Part shown: positions 1-15,165 of the stretch, piece after piece
How the letters are laid out: each line of letters starts with the position of its first letter
Numbering within the stretch: the first letter of the stretch is position 1
Assembly: GCF_009914755.1 (NCBI RefSeq)
Contig: NC_060927.1
Length of the DNA stretch: 64,000 nucleotides
DNA from: the human T2T-CHM13v2.0 reference genome, Homo sapiens
Strand: one strand, 5' to 3'
Position numbers and translations under genes: made by a program
The notes under the pieces: generated by a model
The model's database searches: none
The model's input: only the letters and a program-made list of their open reading frames with translations
What the model was told of the DNA's origin: nothing

Positions 1-280
1 GTGGGAATTGAACAATGAGATCACATGAACACAGGAAGGGGAATATCACACTCTGGGGACTGTGGTGGGGTGGGGGGAGGGGGGAGGGATAGCATTGGGA
101 GATATACCTAATGCTAGATGACGAGTTAGTGGGTGCAGCGCACCAGCATGGCACATGTATACATATGTAACTAACCTGCACAATGTGCACAAGTACCCTA
201 AAACTTAAAGTATAATAAAAAATAAATAAATAAAAACAGAAAAAACAAAAAAAACAAAAAACAAAAAAAATAAATATAAA
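1..280 (+). mobile_element. LINE-1 3' UTR plus poly(A), L1PA2-like (continues upstream of window)
   Basis: Near-consensus L1 3'UTR with G-tract; GATGACGAGTTAGTGGG (GAG, not the L1HS-Ta ACA) and AAACTTAAAGTATAAT (A, not the Ta G); A-rich tail ~211-280. Confidence 0.92.
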
Positions 281-289
281 TACATGAAA

Positions 290-990
290 AATAACAACAA
301 TACCAAGTGCTGGCAAGGATACAGAGCAACTAGAACCCTCACACATTGATGGTGGAGAAGAAAATGGTACAGCCACTCTGGAAAACAGTGTGGCATTTTC
401 TCATAAAGTTAATCATATGCTTACCATATGACCCAGCAATCCCACTCAAAGTGTCTACCCAACAGAAGTGAACACTTATGTTCATACGAAAACCTATACA
501 TAAATGTTTCTAATAGCTTTATTGATAATTGCCAAAAACTGAAAACAACCCAAATGTTCTTCAAGTAGTGAATGGATGAACAAACCATCATACCTTCACA
601 CCATAGAATGCTACTCAGCCAATAAAAAGGAACTATTGATATATGCAATAACATGGATGAATGGCAAATGTATTATAATACATGAAAGGAGCCAGACTCA
701 AAAGGCTACATAATTCCACTTACATGACACTCTTCTGGAAAAGACAAAACAATAGAGACAGAAAACAGACCAGTGGTTGTCATGGGTTAAGGTAGGGTGA
801 GTTAATGAAAGGAGCAAACAAGAGAATTGGGGTAGAGAGCAGGAATGGAACTGCTCTGTGTCTTGATTGTGGTGGTTATACAACTGTATGCATTGTCAAA
901 ATTCATGGAACTGTTCACCAAAAACTATGTTGCATTTACTTGTATATGAATTTTAAAAGAAATTTTTAAAAGTTTTTTAAAAAGGAAAGA
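290..990 (+). mobile_element. Old L1 (L1MC/MD/ME-type) ORF2 end and 3' UTR
   Basis: Diverged L1M motifs such as CCATATGACCCAGCAATCCCACTC, AAACAACCCAAATGT and GAAAGGAGCCAGACTCAAAAGGCTACA, ending in A-rich sequence. Confidence 0.85.
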
Positions 991-1069
991 AGAGAAAAGC
1001 TTCATTTTAAACTTGATTAGCTGGTCAGAAATTATTAACTGGTCTTCATTTTTTAAAATTGCCTATTTT

Positions 1070-1190
1070 CTATTTCCTCTGCTAAAATTAAGCTCCATAA
1101 GAACAGAAGCTTTGTATGGTTTGTCTGCTGATGTATCTCCAGCATCTAAAACAGTGGTGACAAGCACAGCAATGAACTCACTGAATGTTT
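1070..1190 (+). mobile_element. L2 3' end fragment
   Basis: AAGCTCCATAAGAACAG...TGTATCTCCAGCATCTAAAACAGTG resembles the L2 terminus. Confidence 0.6.
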
Positions 1191-1191
1191 A

Positions 1192-1392
1192 CTTAGTGCA
1201 TTTCATATATTTTATCTTATTAGATGCTTAAAACAACTCATTGAAGTAGATACTGTCAGTATCCCCATTTTACAGATTAGGAGACTGAGACCCAGCAAGG
1301 TTGGGTAACTTGTCCCAAACCATACATTATTAAGAGGTGGAGCCATGATTTGAGCCCAGTCAATTTGATTGGACCCATACCTTTCACTACTA
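1192..1392 (-). mobile_element. MIR SINE
   Basis: MIR core in reverse: CCCCATTTTACAGATTAGGAGACTGAGAC...GTAACTTGTCC. Confidence 0.85.
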
Positions 1393-2176
1393 GTGTAGAC
1401 ACTTGGCTAAAGGGCACAGGAGCAAGAAAAAACATACCTGGATAAAACGAAGAGAACAAAGAGAATCTGGAACTTCTGGCTAGATGCAGAAATCTGACAT
1501 AGCTTTGGGTTGTTTCCCTCAGGCAAGGAGAGCTTTTTCTCTGTTTTTATGTATTGTGTGCATGTGGGTTAGTTGTATTAAGTATGTGAGAACTGGCAGA
1601 GAGTGCAATGGACTTCTACGGTTTTTATCTGCCCAGTAAATCCTCTTCCCTTCTTTTGGCAATAGACATGTCCACTTCCTTGCTTTGAGCATTGTTTTCC
1701 CCTGTAAGGTCATGCTGTTTCTCCTGCTTATGTGGGCCTGTCCATTAGAACATTTCCCTGGGATTCTTATATACTAGAGTAGGAAAGAGAAGCCCATCCT
1801 TTCTTCTTCTGCATAAGTGTATTTGGATTGGCACTTTAACTTAGAATTCTGTGAAGCAGTAGGGAATTATTCAAGATTGACTGAGCCCATATTATGGAAT
1901 GAAATTAGACACAGTTCACAATAGAATTAAGTTAAGCAAAACTCGTATGCATTAAACTACAATAATTATGCTGGCTTTAATTTCCAATTATCTCCTAATT
2001 AAAAAGCATTAGGAAAAACATTTAGACATACATTTGGACAAATGTGACTGTTCTTCTGGTCCAAGAGAAATCCCTTTCTTGTGCTAAATTCCACTGGTCT
2101 GTGAGGTCTTCAGCATTCTTGTCTTAGGAGTCTCTGCTGGGATTAGTTATTTCCTTTCATCAGAGCACTTAATATT

Positions 2177-2790
2177 TATAGCAGGCTGAAATATGACTCT
2201 CCAAAGATATTAGGCCCTAATTTTTGGAACCCGTAAATGTCACTTTATTTGGGAAAAAAAGTCTCTGCAGATGTAATAAAGAATCTTGAGATGTGGAGGT
2301 TATCCTGGATTATCTCAGTGGGACCTAGAGTATCATCATATGTATCCTTCTAAGAGAGCTTTTACACATACAGAGAAGAAGGCAATATGAAACAGAGCAG
2401 AGAGATTTCAAGATGGGCCTTGAGGACTGGAGTGATGCAGCCACAAGTCAAGGAATGTGGGCAGCCACAAGAAGCTGAAAGAGGCAAGGAATGGATTCTC
2501 TCTACAATCTCTGGAGGACATGCAGCCATTCCAATCCTTGTTTTTCATCTAATAATACTGATTTCAGACATTTGGCCTCCAAAACTGTAGGGAATAAATT
2601 TCTGTGTTTTTAATTTTTTTTTTTTTTTGTAGAGATGGAGGTCTCACTATGTTGCCCAGGCTGGTCTCAAACTTGTGGCCTCGAGTAATCCTCCTTTCTT
2701 GGCCTCCCAAGACACTGGAATTACAAGGCATGAGCCACCATGCCTAGCCTAAATTTCTGTTATTTAAGCCACCAAAATTTGTGGTAATTT
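2177..2790 (+). mobile_element. MLT1C/D-type MaLR solo LTR, interrupted by an Alu monomer
   Basis: TTATCCTGGATTATC, GCAGCCACAAGTCAAGGAATG, AGAAGCTGAAAGAGGCAAGGAATGGATTCTC, AATAAATTTCTG...TTAAGCCACC. Confidence 0.85.
2613..2749 (-). mobile_element. Alu monomer (FLAM-like)
   Basis: Single left arm with poly(T); TSD TAAATTTCTGT at 2595-2605 and 2750-2760. Confidence 0.85.
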
Positions 2791-2859
2791 GGTATTTGTT
2801 TCAGGTAATAGTGCTGTATTAGCTGTATTAGCACTATTACCTGAAACAAATACCAAATT
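2786..2859. repeat. Perfect 30-bp inverted repeat with 14-nt spacer
   Basis: AATTTGGTATTTGTTTCAGGTAATAGTGCT (2786-2815) is the exact reverse complement of 2830-2859. Confidence 0.95.
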
Positions 2860-3349
2860 CCTATTCCTATTTATCCTATTTATCCCAAATTCCTCTGGAT
2901 ACAAAATTTTTATCAATAGCATTGCAATTTTCTCTAAAAAGATTTTGCAAAATGCTAACTGCCTGCTCTATTTATTGACTCACATGGCAGTGCAAGTTTG
3001 TACTTCTCTCTCACCCTTTCTTTCCCTCTTTCCCTCTCTCTTACCAGCATACTCTTTGTTCTGGCTTTGTGATGCTTTATTTTGGTCTGTTTCTGTGTTT
3101 TCTGTCCTTCTGAGACAAATTAGGAGTCTTATTCTTGTTTATCTTATAAAAAAGATAACATTATTATTGGAGGTCAAACGGATATGGATTTCCTAATGAG
3201 AAGAAGTGAGAATGTCCCCCATGGTTGCAAAGGCCTGATCGTTACTGTTTCATCATTTTATGTTTAATACCATAAAAGGAACACTTTCTTCCTGAGATGT
3301 CTTAAGATTTTTTTCTATACTTGGAAATAAATGTGGGTATCCAGGATGA

Positions 3350-3560
3350 AAAGGCCTAGGATAAAATCCCAGTTCTCACACTTCTTAATTGTGTGACCTC
3401 TTGTAAAGTGCTTCGCTTTTACCTAAAGCGTTGGAATTTCTCATCTATAAAATAGGGATAGCAGTAAGGTTGCTGTAAGGAGTAGAGAAGTTAATGTATT
3501 CAGATCACTTAGAACAGTACCCGGCCCATAGCAAGTGCTTGACAAATGCTGCTGTTATCA
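3350..3560 (+). mobile_element. MIR SINE
   Basis: TGTGTGACCTC...TTTCTCATCTATAAAATAGGGATA...CACTTAGAACAGTACCCGGC, then (CAT)n tail. Confidence 0.85.
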
Positions 3561-3921
3561 TCATCATCATCAACATCATCATTGTCATTGTCTAGCATGA
3601 GGGCTGTACTATCTTATGTGTGTCTGCATCTGAGCAGGGACAGTTGACTTACCATCTCTTTAAACTGGCACTCCTACTGTAAGTGGTAGGCCCAAGGAAG
3701 GACATGCCTTTCTTTTCACATCTGACCAGGAGGGATTGATAAAAGGCTTTCTGTCTGAGGTGTGTCTCATTTTTACTAGCCATTATTGTCTGTTAGAAAC
3801 AATAATTTGGTTGAATTACTTAAAATAATATTTGAATTTCTCAATTTCATTTTGTAGTATAGACATTCACACAAAATTTTCACAAACCAGATTTGAAATC
3901 AAGGGATTATAATTTTGTTAT

Positions 3922-4130
3922 ATCCATTCATTCAACATGTATTTACTGAACTCCTATGGAGTGCCCAGTCCTGTGCTAAGTCCTGGGGGCATAGCAGTGA
4001 ACAGAATGCTAAATCATGCAGGAAATCAAAGTCCTGGGAAGAAGTTTGGATTTTATCCTAAATGCAGTGGGAAACCTTGGAAAGGACTTAGGCCATGGAG
4101 TTTTAAGAGTGTAACTTTATTTTTGCTTTT
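3922..4130 (-). mobile_element. L2 3' part (host of the large L1M; resumes at ~14915-15165)
   Basis: CATTCATTCAACATGTATTTACTGA L2 terminus; GAAGTTTGGATTTTATCCTAAATGCAGTGGG. Confidence 0.75.
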
Positions 4131-4483
4131 AAGGATATTTTTAAAAATTCATTGTGGTAAAAACACTTCAAATGATATCTACCCTCTGAACAAATCTGTA
4201 AGTGTAGAACACATTATTGTTACTTAGAGGTACAATGTTGTACAACAGAATGTATTTATCTAGCTGGACAGAAACTTTAGGTTGTTAGATTAGTAACTCC
4301 CCATTTCTCCATCCCCACAACCTCTGCAAACCACTGTTTCACTCTCTGATTCTACGAATTGACTATTTTTGATGCCTTATATAAGAGGACTGCAGTATTT
4401 CTTTTTCTATGACTTGATTATTTCACTTTAGCATAATTTTCTCAAGGTTCATCCAGCTTGCCACACATTGTAGAACTTCCCTC

Positions 4484-4799
<316 letters not shown>

Positions 4800-4830
4800 G
4801 AACTTCCCTTTTTTTCTTAAAGCTGAATAG

Positions 4831-5476
<646 letters not shown>

Positions 5477-5511
5477 TGATATCTCATTGTGGTTTTCACT
5501 TGTATATTTCT

Positions 5512-7660
<2,149 letters not shown>

Positions 7661-8069
7661 TCACTTGTATATTTCTATGATTAGTGACTTACAGTATTTT
7701 CTCATAAACCTGTTGGCCATTTGTATGTCCTCTTCAAAGAAATGTCTGTTCAAGCCATTAGCTAATTTTTAATCAGGTTGTTTACTTATTTATTTTTTAC
7801 TACTGAGTTGTAGGAGTTTCTTACACATTTTGGAGATTAACTCTGTATTACATATTTACTTTGCAAATATTTTGTCACATTCTGTAGGTTGTCTTTTCAC
7901 TCTATTGATTGCTCTAATTGCTGTGTAAAAGTTTTTTAGTTTGATATAGTTTCACATGTCTATTTTTATTTTTGTATCTGTGTTTTGGTGTCATATCATG
8001 AATTCATTACCAAGACCAATGTCATGAAACTTTTTCCCCATGTTTTCTTCTGGGAGTTTTAGGTCTCTA

Positions 8070-8370
8070 TTTTTTAATTTATTTATTTTTCATTATACTT
8101 TAAGTTTTAGGGTACATGTGCACAAAGTCCAGGTTTGTTACATATGTATACATGTGCCATGTTGGTGTGCTGCACCCATTAACTCATCATGTACATTAGG
8201 TATATCTCCTAATGCTATCCCTCCCCCCTCCCCCCACCCCACAGCAGGCCCTGGTGTGTGATGTTCCCCACCCAGTGTCCAAGTGTTCTCATTGTTCAAT
8301 TCCCACCTATGAGTGAGAACATGCGGTGTTTGGTTTTTTGTCCTTGCGATAGTTTGCTGAGAATGATGGT
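8070..8370 (-). mobile_element. Short L1PA (PA4-PA6-like) 3' end
   Basis: ~300 bp of L1PA 3'UTR with T-rich tail, inserted in the L1M ORF2 remnant. Confidence 0.9.
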
Positions 8371-8634
8371 CTTACATTTAAATCTTTAATTCATTTTAAT
8401 TTTATTTTTGTATATAGTGTAATATGAGTCCAATTTCATTCTCTGGTATGTGGATATCCAGTTTTTCCAACACTGTTTATTGACAAGACTGCCCTTCCCC
8501 ATTGTATAGCTTGGCACCCTTGTCAACAGATGATCGGTTGACCATAAATGAGAGGATTTATTTCTGGGCTTTCTATTTTGTTCCATTGCTCTACATACCT
8601 GTCCTTAGGCCAGTACCATGTTGGTTTCCCCCGT

Positions 8635-9145
8635 AGCTTTATTAAGGTATAATTAATAAATTATATATATTTTGATGTTTTAATATATATCTACACACTG
8701 TGAAAGAATTACCACAATCAAGCTAATTGATATGGCCATCACTTCACATAGTTACCTTTGTTCTTTTGTGGTAGGAACATTTAAGACCTACTCTTTTAGC
8801 AAATTTCAACTATACAATACTGTATTATTAACTATAGTCACTATGTTGTACATTAGATCTCCAGAACTTATTCATCCTGCATAACTGAAACTTAGTACCC
8901 TTTGACCAACATCTCTTCATTTTTCCTACCTGTCCCATCCCCAACCACTCTATGACTTCTACAGTCTGCATTTATGAGTTCAACTTTTCTAGATTCTACA
9001 AATAAGTGAGGTCATGAGGTATTTGTCTTTCTGTGCATGGATTATTTCACTTAACATAATATCCTACAAGCTCATCCATGTTGTCACAAATGACAGCAGG
9101 ATTTTCTTTTTTCAAAGTTGAATAATATTCCATTGTATAGTGTAT
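8635..9145 (-). mobile_element. Second L1MA-type 3' end
   Basis: ATCAAGCTAATTGATATGGCCATCACTTCACATAGTTACC...TACATTAGATCTCCAGAACTTATTCATC. Confidence 0.8.
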
Positions 9146-9195
9146 ATAAAGTGATATCACTGTGTGTATACACAGACACACATACGCACACACAT

Positions 9196-9418
9196 AGATC
9201 ATCCCTGACTTACAATGGTTCCACTTAATGATTTTTCAACTTTATGATGGTATGAAAATAAGTTGTATTCAGTTCTCTCCTTAACTTATAATGGGGTTAC
9301 ATCTGGGTAAATCTCTCATAAGTTGAAAATACTATAAGTTAAAAATACACTGTCAACTTATGGTATTTTCACTGTAACATGGGCTTACTGGGACATAATC
9401 CCATCATAAGTTGAGGAA
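9196..9418. mobile_element. MER47/Tigger-family MITE (DNA transposon); last bases resume after the MST LTR
   Basis: Repeated ACTTA(C/T)(A/G)ATGG and CATAAGTTG terminal motifs; internal imperfect palindrome 9278-9417. Confidence 0.7.
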
Positions 9419-9806
9419 TGTGTTAGGCCATTCTTGTGTTGCTATAAAGGAATACTTGAGACTGGGTAATTTATAGAGAAAAGAGGCTTAACTGACTCCT
9501 GGTTCTGCAGGCTGTACAGGAAGCATGGCACTGGCATCTGCCTGGCTTCTGGGGAGGGCTCGAGGAGCTTTTACTCATGGCAGCAGGTGAAGCAGGAACA
9601 GGCATGTCACATGGCAGGAGCTGGAGCAAGAGAGAGAAGTGGGTAAACAGCCAGATCTTATAAGAACTCGCTAGCATGAGGACAGCACCAAGCCGTCAGA
9701 GATTTGCCCCCGTGGCCCAAACACCTCTCACCAGGCCCCATCTTCAACATTTGGGGATTACATTTCAACATGAGATTTGGATGGGATAAATATCCAAACC
9801 ATATCA
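9419..9806 (-). mobile_element. MST (MSTB-like) MaLR solo LTR
   Basis: TG...CA ends, 5-bp TSD AGGAA (9414-9418, 9807-9811), GAGACTGGGTAATTTATA. Confidence 0.92.
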
Positions 9807-9812
9807 AGGAAC

Positions 9813-9893
9813 GTCTCTCTCATACTCTTGCCTTTCTCTTTCTCTGTTTCTCTCTCTCTCTCTCTTTCACTCTCTCTCTCTCTTTCTCTCTCA
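9813..9893. repeat. (CT)n-rich simple repeat
   Basis: Imperfect TCTCTC runs. Confidence 0.85.
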
Positions 9894-10920
9894 TCGTATA
9901 TATAGAAAAATTATGTCATCTGCAAACAGAGACAACTTTCCTTTTCTATTTGGGTGCTTTTTATTTCTTTCTCTTGTCAAATTGCTCTGACTAGATTTCT
10001 AGTATATGTTGAATTGAAGCAGCAAAAGTGGGCATCCTTGCCTTGTTTCTGAACTTAGAGGAAAAGCTTTCAGTTTTTGTTTGTTTGTTTGTTTGTTTTT
10101 ACTTTTGAGTGTAATGTTAGCTGTGGGCTTTTCATGCATGGCCTTTATAATGTTGAGCTAATTTCCTTCTATACCTAGTTGGTTGAGAGTTTTTATCATG
10201 AAAGGATATTAAATTTTGTCAAACACTTTCTGCATGTACTGAGACAATCATGTGATTTTTATTCTTCATTCTGCTAATGTGGTATCACATTAATTGATTT
10301 TCATATGGTGAACTACATTGCATCCAAGTGATTGATCCTATTTGGTCATGGTGCCTGATTCTTTTAATATGCTGTTGAATTCATTTTGCTAGTATTTTGT
10401 TGACATTTTTGCATTTATGTTTATCAGGGATATTGGCCTGTAGTTTTCTAGTAAAGTCTTTGTCTGTCTTTGGTATGAAGGCAATACTTTTCTTAAAAAT
10501 TTAGTTCGGAAGTGTTCCCTTCTCTTTAATTTTTGACAGACTTTGAGAAGGATTGGTGTTAATGCTTGTTTAAATGTTTGGTGAAGCCATCTGATATTGG
10601 GCTTTTCTTTTTTGAGAGGCTTTTAATTACAGATTCAACCTTCATACTAAAGTCATAATGCTCAGATTTTATATATCTTCATAATTTAGTCTTGGTAGCT
10701 TGTATGCTTCTCTAATTTATTCATTTCTTCTAGATTATCCAATTTGTTGGTGTACAATTATTTGTAGTAGTTTTTTTATACTCCTTTGTATTTCTGTGGC
10801 ATCAGTTTTAAGTCTTTTCTTTCATTTTTTGATTTTATGTATTTGAGTGTTTCCCCTTTTTTCTTAGTTAATATAGCTAAGAGTTTATCAATTTTGTTTA
10901 TCTTTAAAAAGAACAAATTT

Positions 10921-11238
<318 letters not shown>

Positions 11239-13334
11239 TTACTCTGTTTATTTTTTTCTGTATTTTCTATTTCATTTATTTCTTCTCTAATCTTTATTTC
11301 CTTCTTTCTGTGAACTTTGGGCTTAGCTTGTTTTCCTTTTCCAGTACCTTGATGTGTAAAGTTAGATCGTTTATTTGAGATCTTTCTTTGTTTTTAGTGT
11401 AAACATTTATTGCTATGAACTTCCCTGTTAGTGTTGCTTTTTCTGCATCTCATAAGTTTTGATAGGTTGTATTTTTATTTTCATTTGTCTTGAGGTATTT
11501 TCCAATTTCTTTTCTGATTTCTATTTTGACCACTGATTGCTCAAGAATGTGTTGTTTAATTTCCTCATATTCGTAAATTTTCTAATTTTCAGTTTGCTGT
11601 TGATTTCTAGTTTTATTTCACTGTGGTAAGAAAAGACACTTGATATGATTCAGGTTCAACCTTCTTATATTTGTGAAGAGTTATTTTGTCTCTAGGATGA
11701 TCCATCCTGGAGAAAGATCTATGTGCAGTTGAGAAGAATGTGTATTCTGCTGCTATTAGGTAGAATGTGCAGTGTAGTTATGTAAAATCTGTTTGGTCTG
11801 TATTGTTATTCAAGTCTTCTTTCGCCTTATTAATCTTCTATCCAGATGTTCTGTTCATTATTGAAAGTGGGGTATTGAAGTCTCCTACTGTTATTGTGTT
11901 GTTGTCTACTTCTTCCTTCAGTTCTGTCAGTGTTTGCTTTGCATATTTTGGTGCTGTGATGTTGGGTTCATATATAATTGTTATATCTTCTTTGTGTATT
12001 CACCCTTTGTCATTGTGAAATATTCTTCTTTGTCTCTTGTGGCAGTTTTGACTTAACATTTATTTTGTCTGATGTAAGTATAACCACTCTGTTCTATTTG
12101 GTTACCATTTGCATGGAATTTTTTTTCCCCATTCCTCCAATTTCAGGCCACATATGTCCTTGAATCTAAAGTGAGATTTTGGTAGAGACCATATAGTTGG
12201 GTCTTGTTTTTTATCCACTCAACCACTCTATATCTTTTGGTTGGAATGCTTATTCCATTTACATTTATAGTAGTTATTCACTGGAAAGGCATTACTATTG
12301 GCATTTAGTTAGTTGATTTCTGTTCATGTTTTAGATCTTTTTTGTTTGTTTTTACTCTCTTGCTGTCTTCCTTTGTGTTTTAGTGATTTTTTTTGTATTA
12401 ATATGCTTTGATTCCTTTCTCTTTTTTGTAACTTCTATAGGTTTTGTAGTTACCTTGGAGCTTATATATCTTATAGTAATAACAATCTATTTTAAGCTGA
12501 TAACAAGTTAAATTACATATATAAATGCTACACTTTAACTCTTCCCCCCACACTTTATGTTATTGTTGTCACAATTTACATCTATTTATATTGTATATAT
12601 TTTAATATATTTTTATAGTTATTTTAAGTATTTTTGTCTTTTAACTTTTATACTAGAATTAAAATGCATTGACCTATCACCATTACAGTAATATAGTATT
12701 CTGTATCTATCTGTATATTTACCTTTACCAAGTTTTATACTTTCTTGTGCTTTCATGTTGCTGTTTAGTGGCCTTTTGTTTGAACTTGAGGAACTTCCTT
12801 TAACATTTCTTGTAATGCAGATCAAGTGGTGGTATACACCCCCAGCTTTTGTTTGCCTGGGAAAGTCTTTATCTCTCTTTATTTCTGAAGAAGAGTTTTG
12901 CCAGGTATAGTATTCTTGGTTGGCAGTTCTTTTCTTTCAGTGCTTTGAGTATGTCATTCCTCTCCCTTCTTGGCTGCAAGGTTCCTGCTGAAAAAATATA
13001 CTAATAGTCTTATAAGGGTTCTTTTGTATGTGACTAGTTACTTTTCTCTTGATGCTTTCAAAATATTTTCTTTGTCTTTGACTTTTGATAATTTTGATAA
13101 TTTGATTATAATGTGTCTACATTTGAATGTCTTGAGTTCATCTTATTTGCTGTTCTTGGGTTTTTTTTAGATCTGGATTTCTATTTCCATCCCCAGACTT
13201 GGAAGTTTCTAGCCATTTTTTCTTCAAATAATGTTTCTGGACCTTTCTCTCTCTTTTCCTTCTGATATTCTCATAATGCAAATATTGGCATGCTTGGCGG
13301 TGTCACATAATTCCCTTAAATTTTCTTCCCTCTT

Positions 13335-13691
13335 TGTCCCAATCTATTTGGCCTTCCATAATAAAAATGCCATAGATTGTGTTTTTTAAACAACAGACAT
13401 TTATTTCTCACAGTTATGGAGGCTAAGAAATCCAAGATAAAAGCACTAGGAAGTTTGATGTTTGGCTGGGACCTGCTTCTTGGTTCATAGGTGGCCTTCT
13501 TCTTGTCATGTCTTCATGTGGTAGAAGGAGCACAAAAGAGATCCTGGTATCCCTTTTATAAGGGTATTAATCTCATTCATGAGGACTTTACCCTCATGAC
13601 CTAATTACCTTCCAAAATCCCAACTCCTAATACTATCACATTGCAGAGTAGAATTTCAAGTTATAAATTTTGGAACATTCAGTCCATTGCA
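13335..13691 (-). mobile_element. MLT1A-type MaLR solo LTR
   Basis: TG...CA ends, TSD CTCTT, AACAACAGACATTTATTTCTCACAGTT. Confidence 0.88.
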
Positions 13692-14914
13692 CTCTTTTTC
13701 ATTAATTTTTCTTTTTGCTCCTCTCACTAAATTATTTCCAGAGACTTGGCTTTAATTTTGTTGATTCTTCCTTCTTCATGATTTAGTTTGCTATTGAGCT
13801 TCTCTAGGGAATTTTTCAGTTCAGTTATTGTGTTCCTTAGCTCTATGATTTCTGTTTGGTACTTTTTAATATTTCCTATCTCTTTGTTGAAATTTTCACT
13901 TTGTTCATGCATGGTTCTCTTGATATCAGGGAGCATTTTTATGAGAGTTATTTTTAAGTTTGTTACAGAAATCATATAACTGTTTCATTTGAGTTGGTTT
14001 CTGAAGATTTATTTTGTTTCCTTGTTTGGAACATCTTTGCCTGATTCTTTATTTTTCTTGACTCTCTGGCTTGATGCCTGCCCATTAGATAAGGCAGGTG
14101 CTTCTCCCAATCTTTATGGACTGGGCTTGTACAGGAAAAGACCACCATCAATCATCCTGGTCAGAGATTCTCATGGCCTCTACTAGTGCTTTCCCTGCCC
14201 AGAGAGAAGTAGACAGCTGTGGGTTTTGTTCACTCACTCTGTGCTGAGCTGGATGCAGGGAGTGATGGTGTCTACCAGCCCTATCTGCCATCTTCAGTAT
14301 CCTCTGGGCAGCTACACTGTGCTGAATCCATCAGAGCTTTAAGGTTGGAGAGACAAATGGTAGTTCTTTAACAAGCCCCAGAGAAACTGGAGCACTGGAC
14401 TCATGGATTAATACTTTCCCTTACCAGGAGAAAGCTGAGAGCTGAGATTTTAATCTGCTCACTCAGTGCTGAGTTGATGGGGAGATCAATGGTATCCATC
14501 AGCCCAAGCTGCCATCTTCATTCCCTCCCAGGCCACAAGACTATGTCAGACTTGTCAGAACTCTAAGACTGGCAACATAGTAGTTGGTCATCTAGGGAGT
14601 CCCCTGGAAAAGTTGGAGCATCACAGGAAAAGCAAACCAACCTTTTTTCTCCCCTAGGTAAACTGGGGAGCCAGGGGAACCCTTCTTGATTATATGGCAC
14701 TGCAATGGGTGCAGGATCTCCAGCAAGAGGATGTTCCAAATCTACCTACTGGCATTGCTGAGTCTAGTTTTGCATTCTTCCAGGGTACAGAGCCTTTCAA
14801 TTAGTTTCTAATTTCTGAAAAATGGAATTTGTGAATTGTTGCTGAATCGGCATGCTTATGGGGAATAGAAGAGTCAAGGGTCCTGCTCCACTATCTTGTT
14901 GATGTCACTCTTGA

Positions 14915-15165
14915 AAGGATTACTTTCATGGCATTAAGAAGACTGGAGACAAAGGAGAACATTGCTAGAGGAAGAAGGGTAATGAGATAAGTCAGTTATT
15001 AGCTATTGCACCAGTTCCGAGATAGATAATAATGTATGGACAAGGGTCCCAGAAGCATACAAGAGAAGTAGACAGATTATGTATTTGGGAGGTAAAATCA
15101 ACAGGGCTATTGATTAATTGGATCTAAAGTCTGAGGGTAAGGGAGGGATCAATAATTATGTCAGT
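14915..15165 (-). mobile_element. L2 continuation
   Basis: AGCTATTGCACCAG...GTATTTGGGAGGTAAAATCAACAGG matches the L2 segment expected after 4130. Confidence 0.65.

Noticed and set aside
2789-3196. 135-aa hydrophobic ORF
   Set aside because: Non-ATG start; composition driven by T-rich low-complexity DNA and the palindrome.
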